A DNA stretch of 64,000 bases, from positions 1-64,000 of the forward strand of contig CBDHHL010000011.1 in the NCBI GenBank assembly GCA_965263355.1. The letters are read 5' to 3'. Position 1 is the stretch's first letter. Each line of letters begins with the position of its first letter. The stretch is from Leptolyngbyaceae cyanobacterium. GTDB lineage: Bacteria > Cyanobacteriota > Cyanobacteriia > Phormidesmidales > Phormidesmidaceae. A program made the translations under genes and the position numbers. Positions 56,077 through 64,000 of the stretch are shown here, in pieces. A model generated the notes under the pieces. That model was not told the DNA's origin. It did not search any database and saw only the letters and a list, made by a program, of their open reading frames with translations.

Positions 56077-56864
56077 AGCAAACTAAACTCATCTACCAAG
56101 CCCAACTGGCCAACGCTTCTTATCTGCAAAAACCAGCTGGCTTTCTTGAGCAATACAAGAAAATAACGATAGAAAATAATGTTGCTTGGTATTTCAAAAG
56201 CAAAGACAAAACAACCATTATTTTTAGGGGCACCGATACCCTATGGTCTGACTGGAAACGGTCTAATCTAATTTTCTGGCCCCATAAAGAATGTAAAGAC
56301 TTCAAGGCCCATACTGGGTTTTACGATGGCGCTTTGAAGTTTATGCAGCATTGCCAGAAAGAACATTTATTAGATAGCCCGTTAGAACTGATTGGCCATA
56401 GCCTTGGAGGCGCGATCGCTTTGATGTTCGGCATAATTGCCGCTGACAATGGTTTTCCTGTAGAAAGTATCAGCACGTTTGGAGCACCCAGGGGCATGGA
56501 TGAAGCCGGAGCCGATAAACACCGGGCGCTAGGCTTAGAAGGTAAAACTTGGCAGGTGCGTAATGGATCTGACCCCGTGTGCCGAATTATGCTGAGCTTC
56601 GATACAACCAAAAAAGTACTAGACCTGATCGGCTTAGATGTCAGGGTAGGCGCGTCACATCCATGGTGCCACGAAATAATTACGAACCATCAGACGGGAA
56701 AAATTATAGAAAGCCCTGACGAATGGCAGAATGTTAGAGCCAAAGAGCCTGACACAGTAACCCGTATTGAAAAGTTTGCCTCAGCAATCAAGGGGCAGAT
56801 TGCTGAGGCTTTCATAGTTGATGATCATATGATTTGGAACTATATCAAAGGCTTAGGAGGTTAA
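56073..56864 (+). CDS. Lipase class 3
   Basis: FRGT, AHTGF, GHSLGG, TFGAPR, DPV and DH. Confidence 0.92.
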   Translation: MKQTKLIYQAQLANASYLQKPAGFLEQYKKITIENNVAWYFKSKDKTTIIFRGTDTLWSDWKRSNLIFWPHKECKDFKAHTGFYDGALKFMQHCQKEHLLDSPLELIGHSLGGAIALMFGIIAADNGFPVESISTFGAPRGMDEAGADKHRALGLEGKTWQVRNGSDPVCRIMLSFDTTKKVLDLIGLDVRVGASHPWCHEIITNHQTGKIIESPDEWQNVRAKEPDTVTRIEKFASAIKGQIAEAFIVDDHMIWNYIKGLGG

Positions 56865-57058
56865 TTTTGAAAGCAAATATTACAATTCCAGTGGACTCAG
56901 CTGTGCTTGAAAAGGCTAGACAGCTGGGCATCCCAGTTCAGGACTTACTGAGAGACGAAATATTAACGGCAGCCGATAGAGTTCTACTGCCGTTAATTGG
57001 AGAATATGCGGCTAATTGTGATCGTACTGATTATGTTCCGAGCTGGGTTAAGCGGCGT

Positions 57059-57634
57059 TCACACTGAATTTAAGAACTTAGCAATCATTTTTCTTGAATG
57101 TTCTTTCTCTTCCATGCACCATTCCCATCGAGCTTTAACCGTCTTAGCTCCAAGCAATGCATTATGATTGCCGTCAGTCTCTAAAGATTCGGGCCAATCA
57201 TCCTGGGATAAGCCGAGTTCATCTTCAAGAAAATGAACTACATCTCGGCAACGCCATGGGAAATTATCAGGCTTATGCACGAGTGCGCCCCATAGTTGAT
57301 AAAAGACAACCCAATCCGTAGCGCAATATTCGCCTATAAATTTAACCTCATTAACACCAGAGGTGAAATTTAGAATATCAATAGCTATCTGTTCTCGGCT
57401 TTTCCATATCAATGGGTCAATAGGAATCATCACATTTTCTTCCCCTGGGCCTTTCTGAACCCCCATTGGTCTTAAAACATTTTCCCAAACCCAATGAGAA
57501 GCAGTCCAAAATTTACAGCCTTTATTAACCGCGTAATATTCCCGTCCATCTTCAGCGACAATGCCAATGCTGATCAAGTCAATCGGGTGAGCAGCACCAC
57601 GTTCAATAAATTCCAAGTCGATAAAATAATTCAT
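57059..57634 (-). CDS. DEDDh 3'-5' exonuclease (RNase AS/DUF5051-like)
   Basis: FIDLEF, LISIGIV, ATDWV and HNAL. Confidence 0.85.
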   Translation of the reverse strand: MNYFIDLEFIERGAAHPIDLISIGIVAEDGREYYAVNKGCKFWTASHWVWENVLRPMGVQKGPGEENVMIPIDPLIWKSREQIAIDILNFTSGVNEVKFIGEYCATDWVVFYQLWGALVHKPDNFPWRCRDVVHFLEDELGLSQDDWPESLETDGNHNALLGAKTVKARWEWCMEEKEHSRKMIAKFLNSV

Positions 57635-57867
57635 GCTACCTTCATATGTTTTCCACGGTCATCACTGGAAACAACGCCCCTCTGCCCTATCCAGTACATT
57701 AGTTGCCCGGTTGTTTCAGCTCCATTTTTATCACGGGCAAACTTAAGATGATTATGGACGACACGAACAGCAATACCAAGCTCTTTGGCAATTTTCTTAT
57801 TATGCCAGCCTTTACTAATAAGCATAATGATCTCATACTGCCTAGGCGTTAATACTACTGGTTCCAC
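57631..57867 (-). CDS. LuxR-type HTH regulator
   Basis: LTPRQYEII.LISKG..NKKIAKELGI...V.NH. Confidence 0.85.
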   Translation of the reverse strand: MEPVVLTPRQYEIIMLISKGWHNKKIAKELGIAVRVVHNHLKFARDKNGAETTGQLMYWIGQRGVVSSDDRGKHMKVA

Positions 57868-58039
57868 AAAATTCCCCTACGGCAAAACATTCATTCAAAC
57901 AAACAATACGACACATGCGAGATTCGCGGTTTTTATCGTTTTTGTTCCTCAGCAAACATCCATGCCCATACAAGGCGGAACAAAGCTTTATCGCCTGCAT
58001 ACGCTCGCCATTTTTTATTGATTTCATTTTGACGAGCAA
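57842..58039 (-). CDS. Small hypothetical protein
   Basis: Fills gap in minus-strand operon. Confidence 0.4.
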   Translation of the reverse strand: MLVKMKSIKNGERMQAIKLCSALYGHGCLLRNKNDKNRESRMCRIVCLNECFAVGEFCGTSSINA

Positions 58040-58044
58040 TTATT

Positions 58045-58710
58045 TTAATTTCTTCTGGACAATTCACGCTTAGTTCGCCTCAAGTATTGTTTAGCTTTAT
58101 TGATTTCCCCGTTAAATAACAGGGCAAAAACATAGTCTTTCTTGATTTCTGGTAAAACTTGATATTCCAAGATATCGGCATATTCCAAGCCAGCAAACGG
58201 GGAAACTTCACGGATTGGGTCTTGCCTAAAAAATCTTGGCTTAGAATATATCTCTGTTTGAATTGTCCGTTGCCTATTGCTTTTGAACCATAGCTTTCTG
58301 ACCAGCTCAGTCGCATGAAAATCATAACGACCTGAGCTACGCTGTATTAACTTTAACCTTATAAGTGCATCACGGACCCGCTGGTTCATAGGAGTGTGCA
58401 TAGTCAAGAAACTTTCAAATTCTCTAGCCTGAATATCAGTTAATAACTCAAACGCTGCTTCGATTAATTCAACCTCAGTAAATGGTTCAAGTTTTTTATG
58501 CTGCATCCATATTTCACGGACCCCAGGGGCAAGCTTGTTGTCTTCTATGAGCAATCCAGCCCGACGAAATGCGCTTAAAACAGCACCTGATCGAGACGGC
58601 GGCAGAACATGACCCCCACCCTGGCAAATCATATTTAAGATTTTAGTTCTAATCTTTCTGGACTGTTCGTATCTTTGAACTTCTGCTTTTATCTGTTCCA
58701 ATGTCCACAT
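58045..58710 (-). CDS. Hypothetical protein
   Basis: 221 aa in coupled operon. Confidence 0.65.
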   Translation of the reverse strand: MWTLEQIKAEVQRYEQSRKIRTKILNMICQGGGHVLPPSRSGAVLSAFRRAGLLIEDNKLAPGVREIWMQHKKLEPFTEVELIEAAFELLTDIQAREFESFLTMHTPMNQRVRDALIRLKLIQRSSGRYDFHATELVRKLWFKSNRQRTIQTEIYSKPRFFRQDPIREVSPFAGLEYADILEYQVLPEIKKDYVFALLFNGEINKAKQYLRRTKRELSRRN

Positions 58711-59090
58711 AATAATTCCTGTAAAATTCCAGCCGCTTTAGTTCCTTCAAATTTAGGCAAAATCAACCCAGATTTTGCGGTCATCCAGCTATCAAAAACA
58801 ATGACACCGTTTTCCCACGCGAACTCGCATTCCCTGTCGGCACCTGAGCTGATCCCTGGAAGTCTTAGAACACAATCAGATGCAGCTACCCAGGGCATAC
58901 ACCACTGCAACCACATTTCATAAGGTTGAGGATAAATCAACTCATGATAGTGAGAAAACAATGGCGCAAGCGGAGCATGACCCAGCTGCAACAACGCATT
59001 GAACGCGTCATGCTGCAGCCTCACATTTGCAGCTGTATCCCCTAATGTATATGGGCTAGAGATAAAAACTTTTTTGCAAATATTCATCAA
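58689..59090 (-). CDS. DUF4406 / nucleoside 2-deoxyribosyltransferase-like protein
   Basis: VFISSPY...SDCVLRLPG.SSGADRE. Confidence 0.8.
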   Translation of the reverse strand: MMNICKKVFISSPYTLGDTAANVRLQHDAFNALLQLGHAPLAPLFSHYHELIYPQPYEMWLQWCMPWVAASDCVLRLPGISSGADRECEFAWENGVIVFDSWMTAKSGLILPKFEGTKAAGILQELLCGHWNR

Positions 59091-60121
59091 ACCGCCAGCT
59101 CCAATAAACTTTTTTGCTCATATTTGCCCAACGTAAAATCACCCCCGAATTCCCAAAACCCCTCGACAAACTGATCGTCTCGACTATTGCCGTTAATCCC
59201 GTTATTACCCCCAGTCAAAACGCTAAGAGATGTTAACCGCCAATCACGGCCAAGTTTATCCATCCGTTCAATCGCCTCACACAATGGGCCTGAAATATAA
59301 TTAGTCATCACAACCCGTTCAATTCGAGGGTTAGCCAACAGCCTTTCTAACGTGCTAACAATCAAGTCAAACAACTCACTCCCTTGCGGATCACCATGAC
59401 AGATATACGACGGTGTTAACGCCCCTGTCCCCCGTCGTCCCGGTCTAGAGCCTTTCGGTACCCAATAAGGCGCATCATGCAAAGCGATCGCCTTGCCAGT
59501 AAAAGACAGTTCAAAACTATCAATGCAAGCATGAGCGTCATTAGAAAAGTGAAGCCTCCAATTAGGGCTAAACCAGGGCATCTTATAACCCCAGCCATCA
59601 TTCAGTGTTTCAAGTAACTCTGGCGACAATTGAGGCTCATCTTTCACAAACCCAGACTTTTTTTTGAGACTGGCTACCTTATCGCGACTCTCTTTTACGT
59701 TTAATCGCCCCTTAGTATTCGCCCTAAGAAGACTCATAAAAATGAACTCGCGAATCAACAGAGATGCGGCAGCAAGTGTTACACAGTCGCTTATATCTTT
59801 AGTATCAACAATGACTTTAAGGTTTTCGTAAACAACTTTTGGCCCCTTCGAGAGCACTTCTTTAGACCAATTATTAATAGTCTTCTCTACTTGCTGCCTT
59901 AAACTGTCATCTTGCCAGCATTTATAAATTACCTGAACAACAGGATCTATATCAGCCAAGAAAGCCCGCTTAACAATTCCGTTGCCGAGCATCCAATGAC
60001 TGAAGTGGCCAGCACAGGCAAAAGGTTCAATGCTGGCATCATAAACATAACGCCTATCCCATACAGGATACTTAACGCGATCTTTTTTGCTGCCAGGGGT
60101 GGGGAATAAACCTGTTTTCAT
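59087..60121 (-). CDS. D12/Dam-class DNA adenine methyltransferase-like protein (divergent)
   Basis: PGSK, IEPFACAG, LADID; DAPY in place of DPPY. Confidence 0.7.
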   Translation of the reverse strand: MKTGLFPTPGSKKDRVKYPVWDRRYVYDASIEPFACAGHFSHWMLGNGIVKRAFLADIDPVVQVIYKCWQDDSLRQQVEKTINNWSKEVLSKGPKVVYENLKVIVDTKDISDCVTLAAASLLIREFIFMSLLRANTKGRLNVKESRDKVASLKKKSGFVKDEPQLSPELLETLNDGWGYKMPWFSPNWRLHFSNDAHACIDSFELSFTGKAIALHDAPYWVPKGSRPGRRGTGALTPSYICHGDPQGSELFDLIVSTLERLLANPRIERVVMTNYISGPLCEAIERMDKLGRDWRLTSLSVLTGGNNGINGNSRDDQFVEGFWEFGGDFTLGKYEQKSLLELAV

Positions 60122-60126
60122 TAGCC

Positions 60127-60720
60127 TTAACTTTCAGGAAGCCCCCATGCCTTTTGTTGTTCGGCTGTCATCTCAAATTGTTCAATGTCAACTCGCTTCA
60201 AGCTATCCTCTGCCGTAAACCCATTAGGAAAACGTTTTTTAAGCTTTTCAATATTAGCTTCCTGAATGTCGCCCAAAGATAATTCTAGCTTTGTCGCAAT
60301 AGCCGCATGATACCAAGCCACATCACCCAGTTCTTTGGCCCAATCACGTACATCCATCCATGGGAACAACTGCAACCCTGCTAGCTCTGAAGACTCCCCT
60401 AGAAGCCCGATCACATTCCAAAGCACCATCACGCTTTGATTGTCTAAACCTGTCGCATCAGTGCCAAACTGAGGTTTATCAACTGCACAGATAACATCCA
60501 AGTCTTTAATTAAGTTTGCGAGGTCTGACTTGAAAGCATCCCACTGATAATCTTCATGTCGATGAAAAATATTTTTCTTCATCTTTTCAGCCAATGTCCC
60601 TAGCCGATCATGAAGCTGAAGAATAGTCTTAAACATTTCTGCTTCAGCTTTTGTTAAGGGCTGTTCAGGCGCGTCAATTAGTGTTCTTGCTGCTAATTTT
60701 TGATATTCGTTACTATCCAT
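60127..60720 (-). CDS. MazG-like nucleotide pyrophosphohydrolase
   Basis: NEYQKLAART, GLLGESSE, KELGDVAWY and NIEKLKKRFP. Confidence 0.88.
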   Translation of the reverse strand: MDSNEYQKLAARTLIDAPEQPLTKAEAEMFKTILQLHDRLGTLAEKMKKNIFHRHEDYQWDAFKSDLANLIKDLDVICAVDKPQFGTDATGLDNQSVMVLWNVIGLLGESSELAGLQLFPWMDVRDWAKELGDVAWYHAAIATKLELSLGDIQEANIEKLKKRFPNGFTAEDSLKRVDIEQFEMTAEQQKAWGLPES

Positions 60721-60994
60721 CGTCTAAAGCTCCCTCCAGAAATGAAATACTTTTCCTGCTTTCATCGTTTGAACACATTAAAAAAAGTGGTTGCTTAGCC
60801 CAAAAATGAAGTACTTTTGTCGATTTTTTTAGCACTACAAAATCAATAGAATAAATTGTCCCTTGCCCCAGATAATACCAGGACTCATAGACAGGATTTT
60901 TATTCATATCGCACGCGTCATACTGCACCAACTGACCATCAATTAATGTAATACATACTTTCTTTTCTTCATCACTTGGGTTTGCTATCATCAT
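60713..60994 (-). CDS. Hypothetical protein
   Basis: 93 aa; overlaps MazG start. Confidence 0.55.
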   Translation of the reverse strand: MMIANPSDEEKKVCITLIDGQLVQYDACDMNKNPVYESWYYLGQGTIYSIDFVVLKKSTKVLHFWAKQPLFLMCSNDESRKSISFLEGALDDG

Positions 60995-61021
60995 TTACTT
61001 TTCCTAGTATCGGCTAACATC

Positions 61022-61050
61022 AATGCGGAGGCTATAGTGACCTCCGCATT
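61022..61050 (-). terminator. Hairpin after 61061..62257
   Basis: AATGCGGAGG...CCTCCGCATT. Confidence 0.55.
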
Positions 61051-61060
61051 AAACTAACTA

Positions 61061-62257
61061 TTAAATAGCGGCTGGCTGAGGAGCCTTAGAGTTCTCAGTA
61101 ATACGAGCCTTGAGACCCGCAACAAAAGAACTCTCATTTGATTTAGGCAGAGTCAAATAAGTCTCAACCTTTTTATTTTTGTTCTTCAAAACAGTGATTT
61201 TGCCAATATGTAAAATAGCAGGATCAGACTCACTCAACGTTGCATTAGACGGCAAGAGAGTTCGCTTAAGGCGAGTATTGCCATTAATAAATTTCTCCTC
61301 TCCATTGACGATGACGCAAAGCTGTACGCCTTCCCCGTACTCAGCACTATCTGTTTTTTCCCAAGCAATCACCTTGTAAGATGATTCCTCTTGAAGCTCA
61401 GCAAGCTTCATGTATGCTTTACCAAGCTGGAATTCAACTCCATTGATAGTAATTACCCTGCCTTCCTTTGAAATCTTCAATTCTTCAGTGAACCAGCCAT
61501 CACTATCGACCGGGAATCTAGCCCAATCTTCTTTTTTGCCTGGGGCATAAAAAAGAACTGGTTTATCATCAACGGCACCCAATATGGAGCCGTAGAGCTC
61601 CCCTTCTTTGTGCCGTTTTTCAACCCACTTGATATGAGCGAACTCAATATCGGATCCGTCTTCTACGTCTCCTAGCTTAATCCGTTCTTCCCCACGTAAA
61701 AGAAACTCGTTAAGCTTTTCAGGGCTGTTGGCCATGGATAAACGAGCACTGATAAGCTTACGTCCATCTTCGGAACGATGCTCATATTTTAACCGGACAG
61801 GACAAACCAACGCGTACCCAGACGGGTCTAGGATCAGCGTATCGTCCCCTAAGTTTAATGCATATAAATCATTAGGAAAAGTCATATCAACCGGAAGGAC
61901 AAATCTTTGCTGTCCCCAACGAATGCAAATAGTATCCTCGTAAGCATAAACAGATGGGATGGCAAGATTGCCGCCGCTCTCATTGTTAATAAAAACGCAA
62001 GTACAGCCATCTGGATTGTACTCAGCAAAGCCCAGCTTTGCCGCAAGCTGACTAAAAGCCTCACGGATGTCTGCCGGTAGGCTTCCGTCCGGAATCTCAA
62101 TCTTGTCTTCATTAATCCCAGCTTGAATTAATTCATTCTCAAGGTCCATTAACCTTTGAGTAAGATTGATGCTTGGAGCAGCAACAGTTGCAGTAGTTTC
62201 AACAGCTTGAGCACTAGAGGCTTTCTTTTGAAATCGGGCCATAATAATAAATTCCAA
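61061..62257 (-). CDS. Hypothetical protein, possibly ssDNA-binding/replication
   Basis: 398 aa, divergent from primase; two similar KL..(V/L)E...(S)..I modules. Confidence 0.65.
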   Translation of the reverse strand: MEFIIMARFQKKASSAQAVETTATVAAPSINLTQRLMDLENELIQAGINEDKIEIPDGSLPADIREAFSQLAAKLGFAEYNPDGCTCVFINNESGGNLAIPSVYAYEDTICIRWGQQRFVLPVDMTFPNDLYALNLGDDTLILDPSGYALVCPVRLKYEHRSEDGRKLISARLSMANSPEKLNEFLLRGEERIKLGDVEDGSDIEFAHIKWVEKRHKEGELYGSILGAVDDKPVLFYAPGKKEDWARFPVDSDGWFTEELKISKEGRVITINGVEFQLGKAYMKLAELQEESSYKVIAWEKTDSAEYGEGVQLCVIVNGEEKFINGNTRLKRTLLPSNATLSESDPAILHIGKITVLKNKNKKVETYLTLPKSNESSFVAGLKARITENSKAPQPAAI

Positions 62258-62445
62258 TTTTTGAACATCGAGTTAGAGCAAACGTGGTTTCGAACCGCTC
62301 TAAACGCTTACAAGTACAACCCTAAAAAATACAATCAAGTTTGTCAAGGGGCTTGACAAAAAAGAAAAAATACAGCCATGCTTGTAAAGCAATGCCATTA
62401 TATAAAACGCAGCAAATATAATGGGCTTCCTGGAATTTAATAAAT

Positions 62446-64000
62446 ATGAGTGGATTAGGAGCTGATTTTGGATGGAAGTCAATACGCAAGTTTATTCCCG
62501 AGCTGCCCGAGCAGCACTATCTAGAAGCCCATCACGTTAGTCATTTGGCAGAAAGCGGTATAAGTCCCAATGCTGCCCTAGTAGCTGGCATATTTAGCGC
62601 TGATGCTGCCTTAGCTAGAACGCTCACAGGCCACGGTAGAGCCGGTCTGATATTCACTTATTTCACGATTGACGGCAAAGATGTATATCGATGGGGGGAT
62701 GATAGCAGGCCATTTTTTAGACTCAGGCCAGACAACCCGCCAAGCCCAAAATGCAAATATCTATCCCCAAAAGGGGCACCCCCACGGATTTATTTTCCGA
62801 GAGTGGCTAACAAAATAGACTTTACTAAGCTTTCAGGACTTAACCTAGCCTTAGCAGAAGGCGAGAAAAAAAGCCTACTGGCAACACTCTGTAATATCCC
62901 ATGTATAGGGATTGGAGGAGTTGACAGTTACAAGACTGGTGATAAGGATGAATGGGGTAATCGTGCTCTAGGATGCCTGGTTGATGAGATTGATATTAGA
63001 GCCGCGCAAACCTTAACCATAGTTTTTGATAGCGATATCACCCACAAACATCAAGTCGCTAGGGCCATTAAAGCATTGGCTGGAAATTTAATAGAGGCTT
63101 ATCATCAGCTCGAAATAGACGAGACAGGCTCTGGCGAACGAGTGCCTACCCGAACACTAGTATTAGCTAAAAAATTAAAATATGCGCTGCTTCCAACACG
63201 ATTGAAGCTTGGTAATGAAAAAAAGACCAAAAAACTAGGCTTAGATGACGCAATTATGCTATTGGGCGAATCGCCAGTAAAGGAATTGTTAAGACATGCA
63301 TTGCCATTAGTAAAATGCAAGTGGGAAGATAAGTCATTAGATACTGAGTGCCTATTTGCGTCTGAACCACTGGGAGACGATGCCCACAAAGATACTCCTA
63401 TTAATAAACAGCATCATGTTAGGGGGTTAATCAGTTGGTTATCCTTACATGGCATCTATGCGAATATCCCTGATTATTCAAAACGTCAATATTACCCAGA
63501 GGGTATCTGGAAAGACGTAGGCGAGGAAGCCTGGAAATTACTTTCCGAACAAATAGCTGACACTCAGTGTTGGCTAAATAGGAAGCGTGCGATCGCGGCG
63601 CAAGAACTTAGATTTGTAGAGAACAAGACCCGATTAAGTAAAGACCAATTTGACCAACCGCATCTACTAGGATTTATTAATGGAGTGCTGGAGCTTAATA
63701 AAAAAGAGCTTATTCCACATTCTCCTCAAAATTATATTACTCAGACATTAGGGTTTTCGTATGACCCTGAGGCGCAATGCATCCAGTGGTTAACCTGGCT
63801 AAATTGGGTATTTGAAGATGATGAAAAGTGGCCAGAGATTATTCAAGCCCTTATTCGTTGGACGATCACCCCTAAAAAACAAGGACCCTACCCTATCCAT
63901 ATATGGCCTGTTCTAATTGGCCCAGCTGGCATCGGTAAAGGGACATTTTTAAGTGTGTTAACGCAGCTAGTAGGCGAGGGCAGTTATGCCGCCTGGAATT
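62446..64000 (+). CDS. DUF3854 (Toprim) plus D5/P4-type primase-helicase (runs off right edge)
   Basis: RLRPD, KYLSPKG, AEGEKK, GIGGV, VFDSD; FINGVL...HSP..Y.T; Walker A GPAGIGKGT. Confidence 0.92.
   Translation, partial: MSGLGADFGWKSIRKFIPELPEQHYLEAHHVSHLAESGISPNAALVAGIFSADAALARTLTGHGRAGLIFTYFTIDGKDVYRWGDDSRPFFRLRPDNPPSPKCKYLSPKGAPPRIYFPRVANKIDFTKLSGLNLALAEGEKKSLLATLCNIPCIGIGGVDSYKTGDKDEWGNRALGCLVDEIDIRAAQTLTIVFDSDITHKHQVARAIKALAGNLIEAYHQLEIDETGSGERVPTRTLVLAKKLKYALLPTRLKLGNEKKTKKLGLDDAIMLLGESPVKELLRHALPLVKCKWEDKSLDTECLFASEPLGDDAHKDTPINKQHHVRGLISWLSLHGIYANIPDYSKRQYYPEGIWKDVGEEAWKLLSEQIADTQCWLNRKRAIAAQELRFVENKTRLSKDQFDQPHLLGFINGVLELNKKELIPHSPQNYITQTLGFSYDPEAQCIQWLTWLNWVFEDDEKWPEIIQALIRWTITPKKQGPYPIHIWPVLIGPAGIGKGTFLSVLTQLVGEGSYAAWN

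Noticed and set aside
1..64000. Prophage boundary (att site, integrase, host genes)
   Set aside because: None visible, so prophage versus free phage cannot be decided from this window

Overview
The whole 64 kb window looks like part of a large long-tailed dsDNA phage or prophage of a cyanobacterium. GCGATCGC (HIP1) octamers are frequent, and I see no host housekeeping genes, integrase, tRNA or CRISPR array. From left to right: (1) a minus-strand tail module with the tape measure N-terminus, a -1 frameshifted tail chaperone, tail tube and neck genes; (2) an accessory/regulatory region (5.3-13.7 kb) with a ~400-nt structured non-coding leader, an intact IscB with its omega RNA, a repeated promoter/operator and a ~0.9 kb repeat-rich non-coding tract; (3) a ParB plus radical SAM operon divergent from terminase, portal, scaffold and capsid genes; (4) an ~11 kb run of decoration/fibre genes, two with SGNH acetylesterase domains; (5) a PAS-coiled coil-2TM gene overlapping a T4-T-like (GAF) holin candidate; (6) a BRO antirepressor and promoter-repeat cassettes; (7) a second structural operon; (8) a non-autonomous TnpB element; (9) tandem DNA methyltransferases and an FHA-coiled coil-2TM gene; (10) a lysis cluster (M15 peptidase, GH24 lysozyme, lipase); (11) nucleotide/DNA metabolism genes and the start of a DUF3854/D5 primase-helicase. 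The best candidates for new biology are the sensor-domain membrane proteins (PAS, GAF, FHA) that may control lysis timing, and the structured RNA at ~6.95-7.34 kb. All family calls come from motif recognition by eye; no database searches were run.
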